Assembly: GCA_022710715.1 (NCBI GenBank)
Contig: JAKLGJ010000001.1
Coordinates: 426,041 to 490,040 of the forward strand
Length of the DNA stretch: 64,000 nucleotides
Direction: 5' to 3'
Source: Candidatus Omnitrophota bacterium
GTDB lineage: Bacteria > Omnitrophota > Gorgyraeia > Gygaellales > Profunditerraquicolaceae
Shown here: piece after piece, positions 27,492-35,072 of the stretch
How positions within the stretch are numbered: the stretch's first letter is position 1
Layout of the letters: every line of letters begins with the position of its first letter
Made by a program: the position numbers and the translations under genes
Notes under the pieces: generated by a model
Told to the model about the DNA's origin: nothing
Database searches by the model: none
Seen by the model: only the letters and a program-made list of their open reading frames with translations

Positions 27492-27570
27492 GGGGACAGG
27501 TCCACCCCCGAGCCTCCGTCGACAAAAACCGACAGATGTGTCCCCTTTTAAAAATGCTGTGTCCCCTTTA
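27490..27570 (-). repeat. REP/MITE-like element, copy C (inverted relative to copies A and B)
   Basis: The reverse complement aligns with 8083-8160 over about 78 nt. It starts at the GAF-gene stop codon. Confidence 0.5.
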
Positions 27571-27712
27571 GTATCTATTTTGCAGAATAGCGCACCCAGC
27601 GGCTTTATGAGCGAATTTAGAATTTCAGGTAATGCAGAGGCATTACCGACCTGAAAGGGAAAATTCTACTGTGCGAAAAAAGCCGCTGGGTGTGCTAATT
27701 TCCTGGATCGAT

Positions 27713-27796
27713 AAAAAAGGGGACACAGCAAACTACGAAGGGGACACATCTGTCCAAATTTCTCGACGAGCTGTTTGGGGTGGACCTGTCCCCTTA
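27713..27796 (+). repeat. REP/MITE-like element, copy B
   Basis: Same orientation as copy A. Together with copy C it forms an inverted pair around a 140-bp spacer that has its own nested inverted repeats (GCACACCCAGCGGCTT ... AAGCCGCTGGGTGTGC). Confidence 0.5.
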
Positions 27797-27854
27797 TTTC
27801 TGGCGGCGGTAGGTGGAGGATGTCCCCTTATTTCTGGCGGCGGTAGGTGGAGGA
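27787..27854. repeat. Perfect 34-bp tandem duplication (TGTCCCCTTATTTCTGGCGGCGGTAGGTGGAGGA x2) covering the rpoN stop and last 8 codons
   Basis: Two identical adjacent 34-nt units. The second contains the true rpoN 3' end (..STYRRQK plus stop). The first abuts the end of REP element copy B. Confidence 0.6.
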
Positions 27855-29288
27855 GAGGATCTTGAGTTCTTCGCGGTATTTGGCGATGGTGCGCCGGGCG
27901 ACGTTGAGGCTGTTTTTTTCTTTGATCACGCGGGCGATGTCTTCGTCGCTCAATGGATGGCGCTTGTCTTCTTCGGCGATCAGGTCGGTGATCAGGCTTT
28001 TGATCAGTTCCGATGAAACGGCTTCGCCGTTGGCGTCAGCTTGAGCTAGTTTGCTGGGAAAGAATTCCTTTAAAGCGAAGACCCCGCAGGGGGTCTGACA
28101 GTATTTGTTCATCACCACCCGGCAGACCGTGGATTCGTGCATGCTGATGCGTTCGGCCACTTCGCGGAAGGTCAACGGTTTTAAAAGCGAGATATCCTGC
28201 TTGATGGCTTCCTGCTGGATTTCCACGATGGTCTCGATGACCATGCGAAGGGTGCTTTTGCGTTTGTTGATCGCCCGGAGCAGCTCCAGCGCCCGGCGCA
28301 GTTTATTGCTCAAGAATTCCCTGGTTTGCGCGTCGAGATTCTTGTCTTTGAGCATCAGCCGGTATGAGCGTGAGATCATCAGCCGGGGGATGTTCTCGTG
28401 ATTGATGATGATCTTGAGCTGACCTTCGTCATTTTCTTCGATAATGATGTCCGGGATGACTTGCTGCACGTCTTCGGTGGAATAATTGCGTCCCGGTTTG
28501 GGGTTGAGCCTGGAGATCTTCTGGATCAGGGGTTCGATCTTTTCCAGCGGTTCTTTCAACGCCCTGGCGATCCGGGAATAATTCTTGGTAGCGACGTCTT
28601 CCAGATGGGAACGCACGATCGCTTCAAGCAGGGGGTCGTCTTCTTTGGCCAGGCGCAACTGGATGAGCAGGCATTCGGGGATCGAACGCGCGCCCACGCC
28701 GGCCGGGTCGAACTGCTGGATCAATTCCAGAACCGTCTCGATTTTTTCCACCGCCATGCCCATCGATTCCGCGATGGTCTCCAGCCCGGCGCGCAGGTAT
28801 CCGTTCTCATCGATATTGCCGATGATCTCTTCGCCTATGGCGATCTCTTCGGCGTTTGCCGCGGCGATGCCCAGTTGACGCAGCAGCACGTCCTGCAGGG
28901 ATACTTTTTTAGTGATGAGGCTCTGGGCGAAATCGTTTTTGGCGTCGTTGTCTTTGCCGGTTTCGTTATTCTCATACGTGGATTTATCGGGATCGTCAGG
29001 GGAGAGGGTTTCGACTATTTTGTCCAGGTCTTCGGGCAGCTCTTTGGGGTGATCCGCTTCGGATTCGGCGCCCGCATCGCCTTCAGCGTCAGCCGCGGCG
29101 TCTTTGTCGGATTTTTCTTTTTTTTCCGGCAGCACCTGCTCGAAAGATTCTTCCAGCACCGGATTGTCCAGCATTTCTTCCTCGACCAGGGTTTTCAGAT
29201 CGAGTATGGGCAGCGCCAGGATCTTCAGGGACTGGCGCAGTTCCGGGGCCAGCAGTTTTCTTAGTTCGAGTTTTTGTTTGAGTTCCAT
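27828..29288 (-). CDS. rpoN: RNA polymerase sigma-54 factor RpoN
   Basis: The C-terminal RpoN box ARRTIAKYREELKI and an HTH are present, with an acidic region II. Length is 486 aa. Confidence 0.9.
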   Translation of the reverse strand: MELKQKLELRKLLAPELRQSLKILALPILDLKTLVEEEMLDNPVLEESFEQVLPEKKEKSDKDAAADAEGDAGAESEADHPKELPEDLDKIVETLSPDDPDKSTYENNETGKDNDAKNDFAQSLITKKVSLQDVLLRQLGIAAANAEEIAIGEEIIGNIDENGYLRAGLETIAESMGMAVEKIETVLELIQQFDPAGVGARSIPECLLIQLRLAKEDDPLLEAIVRSHLEDVATKNYSRIARALKEPLEKIEPLIQKISRLNPKPGRNYSTEDVQQVIPDIIIEENDEGQLKIIINHENIPRLMISRSYRLMLKDKNLDAQTREFLSNKLRRALELLRAINKRKSTLRMVIETIVEIQQEAIKQDISLLKPLTFREVAERISMHESTVCRVVMNKYCQTPCGVFALKEFFPSKLAQADANGEAVSSELIKSLITDLIAEEDKRHPLSDEDIARVIKEKNSLNVARRTIAKYREELKILSSTYRRQK

Positions 29289-29466
29289 CTCGTGCTAACC
29301 TCGTGTGGGCTAAGTATATAGCTTAAGTATAGCACAAATTATTTATTTATCCAGCGTTTAGGGATTGAAAGCCTTTGCAGCATTGCCCGTCGCAGGTCTT
29401 GAAATGAGCTTTTTTATGAGGTATCTTTAAGCGGATCAAGTATCTGCGATCAAAGGGAGGGATTTG

Positions 29467-31194
29467 ATGAAAGCGTTGAGTGCGCTTTTTTTGATTATTT
29501 TTTTTACTGCCGCTCCGGTTTGGGCGGCTACCAACTCTAATTTTTCTCTGACTACCGGGAACAAAACCATATCTCAAGGCGCTCTGCTCAAAAGCTCCTG
29601 GTCGCAACCCGCGCAGAAATCAATTGCGCCTTCCGGCTCGACTACTGCGTCCAGCCAGTTCAGTTTTAGCTCGGTATTTTCCGGGCTCAATCTGTCCGGG
29701 TTGAATTCCCAGCAGCATTTTTCTTTACAGTCCGCCAGCTTGTCCATCGGCGTGCCGCAATCCACGGCGATCGTTAAGCAGCTTAAAACCACATTTACTG
29801 CCCCCGGGATGCAGTCGTTGGTTACCGACAATCCGGAACGCTTTGCCCGGCGCATGGGCGCAATCAACAGCGTGGGGCTGGAAAATTTTACCGCAGTGTC
29901 CGCGTTTTTAACTTCCAGCCAGACCGGCACAGAGCACTGGCGCGATCTTGCGCAAAACCGTCCGGACCTGTTTGTCGATTCGGTAGTGGATATTACCGCT
30001 AGCGGCGGGGTAGATACCTATAAGCAGCTATGCGCTTCTTTTGACGCGTATGCGGGAGAAGGGTATACCGCTGAATATCTGGCCGGCGGGAATTCGCTGA
30101 ATGCGGTAACGGGAGCCCGCGATGCCGGCGTGCTGGATTATTTTTCCTCGCTTGAATCCATGGGCGCCACCAGGGAGCAGATCCGGGGCGTGCTGGAGAA
30201 ACGGGATGTGTCGTTGTTTCTTCCCGGAGATATCGGCACGTGTCTTGATGAAAACGGACTGGAGCGGGTAACTGCGATGACCGGCGATCTGGTTAAGACT
30301 TTCGGCTTGAATGAAGTGGTTGGGGCGATGCAAAATAGCGCTCTGGCTTTCTTTGGCGGTGTCGGTCTGGGACCGGAAATCGGCGTTTTTGACAATGCAG
30401 CCCTGCAAGAGGGAATACCGGCATTGGTTTCGAACCTGGTCAATCAGGGGTACAGTCAGGCAGACGCGGAAAAAGCGGTTAAGGATACGGGAATATTCGC
30501 TTTTTCCCGGTTCGAATCGGCTGACTACCGGGCTGTGCTGAAGAATTGTCTGGAAGCGGACGATCAGAGGCCGCTGGCAGTGATCATTGGTAATAAAAGC
30601 GATCATAACGGCGCATACAATAATAAGCAGGAATATTGGGGGCAGTTGCTGGATTCCGGGTATTATCGCGTGGTGTATTACGAAGTCGGTAATGAAAAGG
30701 AGTTCGCGCAGGCTTTAAGTTCGGCAACCGGCGATGGCCGGCAGCCGGCAGAGTTGATCATGATTTGCGGGCATGGCGAGCAGGATAGTGTGCGTTTCGG
30801 CGGTAAGTCCGGTTCTGCGGATGAGACGTTGACCCTGGATTTCGGTGATTTCGACGAGTTAAAAAAGCAGAAGAATGTCCTGAACGATAACGGCAGTATT
30901 ATTTTGATCTCCTGCAATACCGGCAGGTTCGGCAGTGAAGAGAAGAATATCGCGAACATGCTGGCAGATGTTTTTCCGCAAGCGCAGATGGTAGCCGGAC
31001 CGAAACACGAATCTAGGCTCAATAGCCTGATTTTTGACGGCCAGGGGAGGCTGGAAGACATCCAATATGATCTGACCACCAGATATAATGCCGCAGAGGA
31101 GGATCTGGATTTCATGAAATTGCCGAAACCCTCCGGTAGAGAAGATTACACGGGCGGCACGATTCAGCGCTTCCAGGTTAAGAAAACACCCTAG
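29467..31194 (+). CDS. Secreted protein with a C-terminal caspase-like (clan CD / CHAT-like) His-Cys dyad domain
   Basis: RBS AGGGAGGG upstream, then a signal peptide ending AAPVWA. The C-terminal part has hydrophobic strand plus MICGHG, about 45 aa, then hydrophobic strand plus ILISCNTG. Family assignment is an inference. Confidence 0.55.
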   Translation: MKALSALFLIIFFTAAPVWAATNSNFSLTTGNKTISQGALLKSSWSQPAQKSIAPSGSTTASSQFSFSSVFSGLNLSGLNSQQHFSLQSASLSIGVPQSTAIVKQLKTTFTAPGMQSLVTDNPERFARRMGAINSVGLENFTAVSAFLTSSQTGTEHWRDLAQNRPDLFVDSVVDITASGGVDTYKQLCASFDAYAGEGYTAEYLAGGNSLNAVTGARDAGVLDYFSSLESMGATREQIRGVLEKRDVSLFLPGDIGTCLDENGLERVTAMTGDLVKTFGLNEVVGAMQNSALAFFGGVGLGPEIGVFDNAALQEGIPALVSNLVNQGYSQADAEKAVKDTGIFAFSRFESADYRAVLKNCLEADDQRPLAVIIGNKSDHNGAYNNKQEYWGQLLDSGYYRVVYYEVGNEKEFAQALSSATGDGRQPAELIMICGHGEQDSVRFGGKSGSADETLTLDFGDFDELKKQKNVLNDNGSIILISCNTGRFGSEEKNIANMLADVFPQAQMVAGPKHESRLNSLIFDGQGRLEDIQYDLTTRYNAAEEDLDFMKLPKPSGREDYTGGTIQRFQVKKTP

Positions 31195-31470
31195 CCGCGT
31201 GGAACAATCACCTCCTAAGCAGAAGATCAAAACCCCGCTTTTCACAACCGATTCTTAATAAATAACTTACATAGCCGCCTAATTACAGATGGACCATGTT
31301 ATTGGGTGTGTACCCAAAATAACCCTGGCGTTAAGTTTGAGGAAGTTTAATGAATTATTTTGTATTGTGCGTAAAGCTATGGATAGTCAAGGAAGGCTGC
31401 GTGAGAGGATTGTTTGAAACAGGGCACGGTTATCGGTTTGAAAGCGCTTTAAAAAAATATTTGCCGAGCC

Positions 31471-31499
31471 TTGAAAAGTATTGATTCATGGTGTATATT
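31471..31499 (+). promoter_or_regulatory. Promoter TTGAAA-N17-TATATT
   Basis: It places the TSS about 7 nt downstream of the -10 end, just upstream of the conserved leader element that begins at 31510. Confidence 0.35.
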
Positions 31500-31507
31500 T
31501 TTAATGC

Positions 31508-31630
31508 ACATTTTCCGATAAAGCCTGCCCGGGGGGGTGGGAAAGCCACGGTCGAAAAATAAGTTTGTTTGCTTTTTGCTGTTTTCGAACCTGGTTGCCG
31601 AAGAAAAGCGCGCAACCGGGTTTTTTTATT
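31508..31630 (+). promoter_or_regulatory. Conserved structured 5' leader (candidate riboswitch/cis-regulatory RNA), copy 1, with terminator-type expression platform
   Basis: TTTCCGATAAAGCCyGCC..GGG..GGGAAAGCCACGGTCGAAAA and CGAACCTGGTTGCCGAA are conserved with 32647-32735. A terminator hairpin follows. Confidence 0.45.
31588..31628 (+). terminator. Leader-internal intrinsic terminator (AACCUGGUUGC / GCAACCGGGUU plus U7)
   Basis: An 11-bp stem (one G-U pair), a 13-nt loop, then TTTTTTT. It lies 35 nt upstream of the CDS start, which is an attenuator arrangement. Confidence 0.5.
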
Positions 31631-31662
31631 TGCATCGAAGGGAAAATGTAAGGGGGTGGGGG

Positions 31663-32607
31663 ATGCAAAGATGCGCTCGCGCAATCGTTGTTTTAGCCTG
31701 TCTGTCGTTGCTGGCCGGAGTTGATGCGTACGCCGGCGGGATAAGCAAAGGCGATACAGTATTTAAAGACGGGGCAAGGATCGGAATAATTACCGCAGTA
31801 AACGGCAAAAGCGTTACTTTTGTCAAGCCCAACGGACTTTCCACTTCAACCACCACGGATAATTTATCGATCTTAGGTTTGACCATACGTAAGGCAATGG
31901 CGGAGGCCAAGAAAATTTCGACGCCTGCTTCCAGGGTTGAAGATAAGTTGTATTGCACGTCGGTTTCCGTTGTCAAGCAACCTTCAGGCAAGCCGGACGC
32001 CGTGAATGAAATAACCAAAGGCGGCAAGGCAAACAAAGCAATCGCTGTGCGGGTTGTTGGCGGCGATTCCGGGTCGACGATCAGAAGCGCCGGCGTTGAT
32101 ATAGAGATCAAGCCTTCGGAGCATGGCAATTACGACGTAAAGGCGTGTGAGTCCTTTAAGCAGGGTGTGATCGACAATTACGGCTTCACGGAGCAGGCCA
32201 AAGCGTATTTGCGCACTGTCTCGCTGGTTGTGGCGCGCAGCACCTGGAATTCATCGATTGACGGCGGAGCGCACTGGCATGTCGACAGGCAGGAAATCAA
32301 TTCTTCAGGCTGGGGCGAAGAAGGCGCGGTGCACGAAATGGCCCACGCCTGGTATGATCAGGATAAAAGCGGCAGGCCCTGGACCGATAGCGAGTTGCTC
32401 CGGGCCACGCAGCGGCTCGCGGCTATGGATCCCGCGCGGAACGCCCGTTTTGCCGACGCCATAAAAGAGGCGCGCCAGTATGTCGCTGATGCCAGGCCGG
32501 CGTTCGAAGTATTTGCCAGTTTCGCCAGTTTCGCGAAAGCCAAGAACGGCGGAAATGCGATGCCCGAGTTCATGAATAAATTTTACGCGTCGCTTTTTGC
32601 GTCTTGA
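31663..32607 (+). CDS. Secreted putative zinc metallopeptidase (HExxH motif HEMAHAWYD)
   Basis: Start moved to MQRCARAIVVLACLSLLAGVDAYA (signal peptide) after RBS AAGGGGG. The HEMAH motif is near the C-terminus. Family unknown. Confidence 0.6.
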   Translation: MQRCARAIVVLACLSLLAGVDAYAGGISKGDTVFKDGARIGIITAVNGKSVTFVKPNGLSTSTTTDNLSILGLTIRKAMAEAKKISTPASRVEDKLYCTSVSVVKQPSGKPDAVNEITKGGKANKAIAVRVVGGDSGSTIRSAGVDIEIKPSEHGNYDVKACESFKQGVIDNYGFTEQAKAYLRTVSLVVARSTWNSSIDGGAHWHVDRQEINSSGWGEEGAVHEMAHAWYDQDKSGRPWTDSELLRATQRLAAMDPARNARFADAIKEARQYVADARPAFEVFASFASFAKAKNGGNAMPEFMNKFYASLFAS

Positions 32608-32647
32608 AACCGTTTTTTGACAAGCGGTCGTTTTTAAGAATGCAATC

Positions 32648-32735
32648 TTTCCGATAAAGCCCGCCAAGGGGAGCGGGAAAGCCACGGTCGAAAAGAGCAT
32701 TGGGTTTTTGTCACCTCGAACCTGGTTGCCGAAAA
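32648..32735 (+). promoter_or_regulatory. Conserved structured 5' leader, copy 2
   Basis: Aligns with 31510-31602. A possible promoter TTGACA-N18-TGCAAT at 32617-32646 precedes it. Confidence 0.45.
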
Positions 32736-32779
32736 AGATTGATGCAGGTAGTTTGTTTTTTGCAAAAAAAGGGGGGGGG

Positions 32780-33361
32780 ATGAGAATTTTAGCTATTGCT
32801 GTTTTGCTGGTTGCGGTGTGCGTGTCGCAGGCGTATTGCGCGGATAAAGTGACCACAGGGTGTTCCTATGAAGGCGCGACCATGGAAGTTGCGAACTCTA
32901 AATATTTCAAGCCTGTGAGCAAGATTGTGCAAACTGGCGGCACTGCGACTCAGCAAATGGAATATGTGGGGCCTGCAAATAAGTTTAAAGACATAGTAAG
33001 CGTGGGTGTTGGTATTAAGGGCGCAGCGGCTAAGAAGGATTCGGCGCCTACTTCTAAACTTGAGGGAAAGATATATTCGGCGTCGGTAGTTAGCACTGCC
33101 AAGAAAGTCGCGGCGCCTACTTCTAAAATCGAGGGCAAGTTGTATTCTGCATCGGCGTCGGTAGTTAGCACTGCCAAGAAAGTCGCGGCGCCTGCTTCTA
33201 AAATCGAGGGCAAGTCGTATTATTATGCAGGGGTTCCTGCTGGACTCAAGGACAAGTTGGTTGCTTCATCTCTGACGGGTCCCGCTTCTTTTTCGCGCGT
33301 TTATTGGGTAAACGGAATAAAAGTTGAAACAGGGTGGAGTCGTTTGCCGCAGAAAAAATAA
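32780..33361 (+). CDS. Secreted tandem-repeat protein (hypothetical)
   Basis: The start MRILAIAVLLVAVCVSQAYCA follows a G-rich RBS. It contains about 2.5 copies of a 23-25-aa repeat, AAPTSK(L/I)EGK(I/L)YSASVVSTAKKV. Confidence 0.6.
   Translation: MRILAIAVLLVAVCVSQAYCADKVTTGCSYEGATMEVANSKYFKPVSKIVQTGGTATQQMEYVGPANKFKDIVSVGVGIKGAAAKKDSAPTSKLEGKIYSASVVSTAKKVAAPTSKIEGKLYSASASVVSTAKKVAAPASKIEGKSYYYAGVPAGLKDKLVASSLTGPASFSRVYWVNGIKVETGWSRLPQKK
33044..33228 (+). repeat. Intragenic tandem repeat (units of 69 and 75 nt plus a partial third)
   Basis: Near-identical nucleotide units GCGCCTACTTCTAAA..GTAGTTAGCACTGCCAAGAAAGTCGCG. Confidence 0.6.
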
Positions 33362-33379
33362 TAGTAAATAGATCACAAA

Positions 33380-33428
33380 GAGCCGGACTGACAGGTATCG
33401 CTGGTCAATCCGGCTCTTTATTTTTGAA
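33380..33428 (+). terminator. Rho-independent terminator (AGAGCCGGA...TCCGGCTCT plus TTTATTTTT)
   Basis: A 9-bp stem followed by a T-run, 19 nt after the stop at 33361. Confidence 0.6.
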
Positions 33429-33431
33429 CTC

Positions 33432-33460
33432 TTGACAAAGCGAGATAATGAGTATATACT
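33432..33460 (+). promoter_or_regulatory. Consensus promoter TTGACA-N17-TATACT overlapping a 12-bp palindrome GAGTATATACTC
   Basis: Exact -35 and a near-consensus -10 with a 17-nt spacer. The perfect palindrome at 33451-33462 spans the -10 and is a possible operator. Confidence 0.55.
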
Positions 33461-33525
33461 CATTATTAATTATTAAGTCCCGGGAGGGTTTTATGGATGA
33501 TCGTCAGTTTGCCCATAAGAAAATA

Positions 33526-33978
33526 ATGGCCCGTCGTGGCCGCCCTATAAAGAAGCGCATGGTTGTCGGCAGCCCCAGAATAAGCCTGTTCAGCCCCAGG
33601 GGCAGGCCCGGCAGGCCGGATTATGTGCTTTTGGGGGTAGATCAATTAGAGGCTTTGAGGCTTGCGGATTACCAGGGAAAAGACCAGAAATCCGCGGCCC
33701 AGTCCATGAGAATATCCCAGCAGACCTTTAGTCGTATCCTTAAAAAGGCGCGCCAGGCCGTGTCGGATGCCATTGTTAACGGCAAAATTATCCATATCCA
33801 GGGAGGCGCGATTGTTCAGGAAATGGAGCCGAAGTCATTAAGGGAGTTCGTGGAAATCAAGCAGGGCGCACGCAATCAGCCGCAGAAAAGTAAACCCGCC
33901 AAAGAATACGAGCATCCGCAGTTAATCAAAGAGAACCCGTATCAGTTTGATTTCTGGAAAGAAGCACCAGGTAAATAG
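33526..33978 (+). CDS. DUF134/UPF0251 family predicted DNA-binding protein
   Basis: The N-terminus MARRGRPIKKRMVVGSPRISLFSPRG matches the MxRxxRxxK.R.V...P....F.P.G signature of DUF134, and a sigma-70 region-4-like HTH follows. The start was moved from 33448. Confidence 0.5.
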   Translation: MARRGRPIKKRMVVGSPRISLFSPRGRPGRPDYVLLGVDQLEALRLADYQGKDQKSAAQSMRISQQTFSRILKKARQAVSDAIVNGKIIHIQGGAIVQEMEPKSLREFVEIKQGARNQPQKSKPAKEYEHPQLIKENPYQFDFWKEAPGK

Positions 33979-34366
33979 TCGGGCTCAAGAGACCCTTAGA
34001 AACGATTTTCTCGTCTATTAACCCAAAATTGATTACTTCCTATAATATATCTTATGTTAACTTCACAATATAGCGAATTTGCTTCAAGACTATGTTGATT
34101 TAGGGGTTACAGCAATAGTGAATTTGCTGTGAATAACTCGCTTTTGACTTACTTCTTTTTACTTGTTTTATTCGATCATTGCAGGCGTGTGCAATTCGAT
34201 GAGAAAACTAAATCAAAATCAATTAGGCAGAAAGTTTTCTTAAAGAAGAGTAACCGGTTATGGGAAGAATAATCTTGCCGGGACGTGGGGAAATGAACGG
34301 GGTGAAGAGCGCTGCAGATCAACAGGCCTCTCCCCCGGTTTTTTCAGGTATGTCGGAAGGGAGGTT

Positions 34367-34597
34367 TTAATGCAGTTCTTGAGAGGATTGAATTTCCACC
34401 CCGGTGGTCTTAAGGAAATTCAGGGTTTTATTCAGCTCTTCTTTGTTGCCTTCCAGGATGACTACCGCCCATCCGGTATCCGTGGAAAATGAGGCTTCCA
34501 GGATGCTCATGGTTACCAGGAATTCTTTACAGAGGTTGCACAGGATGGGATCATCTTTGAGTTTGCCCGGGAAGGTCAGTTCGGCTCTTATTTTCAT
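34367..34597 (-). CDS. Small ferredoxin-fold/NIL-like protein (hypothetical, 76 aa)
   Basis: Last gene of the tightly overlapping minus-strand operon. Weak resemblance to the NIL/ACT-like fold. Confidence 0.35.
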   Translation of the reverse strand: MKIRAELTFPGKLKDDPILCNLCKEFLVTMSILEASFSTDTGWAVVILEGNKEELNKTLNFLKTTGVEIQSSQELH

Positions 34598-35072
34598 GTT
34601 TGAAGAGGGTTATGGCTGCTAGAACAGCCAGGTACATGAGTAAACCAAAGCCTATTGCCAGGACGAGATACCCCAGTAAAACCGGCAGGATTAATTTCAG
34701 GATTGTGGGGTCTAAAAGGTGTGCCCAGTGGAAGTTTCGTACGATTTCTTGCCAGTTGGATTGGACTTCCTGCCATTGCAAATGCATTATAGCAGATCCG
34801 ACTTTGATTGACAAGAGAATTGTCAGAAAAGACAGCCAGGTGTTGGTGAGTAACCCTCCCAGAAAAGCCGCGGCTTTATTCACCCGGAATGCGGCTGCCA
34901 GCAGCAATGCGGCCAGAGGTCCGGTTCCCGGCAGAATACCCAGGAACGCGCCCAGGCCGAAGCCAATGGCGATGCGCTGCGGGGAATCGTTCATCCGGAT
35001 CAGGCGCAGGTACAGGGCTTTGAAAAAGCGGATCAGCCTATTTTGAATTGCTTTCTTGGTTTCTTTCTTCAT
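34551..35072 (-). CDS. DUF2062 family membrane protein
   Basis: IAIGFGLGAFLGILPGTGPLAALLLAAAF is typical of DUF2062. It overlaps both neighbouring genes. Confidence 0.5.
   Translation of the reverse strand: MKKETKKAIQNRLIRFFKALYLRLIRMNDSPQRIAIGFGLGAFLGILPGTGPLAALLLAAAFRVNKAAAFLGGLLTNTWLSFLTILLSIKVGSAIMHLQWQEVQSNWQEIVRNFHWAHLLDPTILKLILPVLLGYLVLAIGFGLLMYLAVLAAITLFKHENKSRTDLPGQTQR

Noticed and set aside
8083-27796. GGGGACA-containing repeats as a CRISPR array
   Set aside because: There are only three dispersed copies, in both orientations, without regular spacers of unique sequence and without cas genes. The pattern is REP/MITE-like instead.
28398-29264. 288-aa plus-strand ORF antisense to rpoN
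   Set aside because: rpoN on the minus strand is unambiguous. The plus frame is rich in Phe, Gly and Asp and has no features.
31508-31630. Assigning the shared leader definitively to the c-di-GMP-I (GEMM) class
   Set aside because: Only a partial resemblance (GGGAAAGCCACGG versus ACGCAAAGCCACGGG) is visible by eye. The P1/P2 tetraloop-receptor features could not be verified, so it is reported only as a candidate structured leader.
31430-32856. Minus-strand ORFs 31430-31684 and 32305-32856 sharing the peptide STVAFP..AGFIGK
   Set aside because: The shared peptide is simply the reverse-frame translation of the conserved leader RNA element. Both ORFs overlap real plus-strand genes and promoters.
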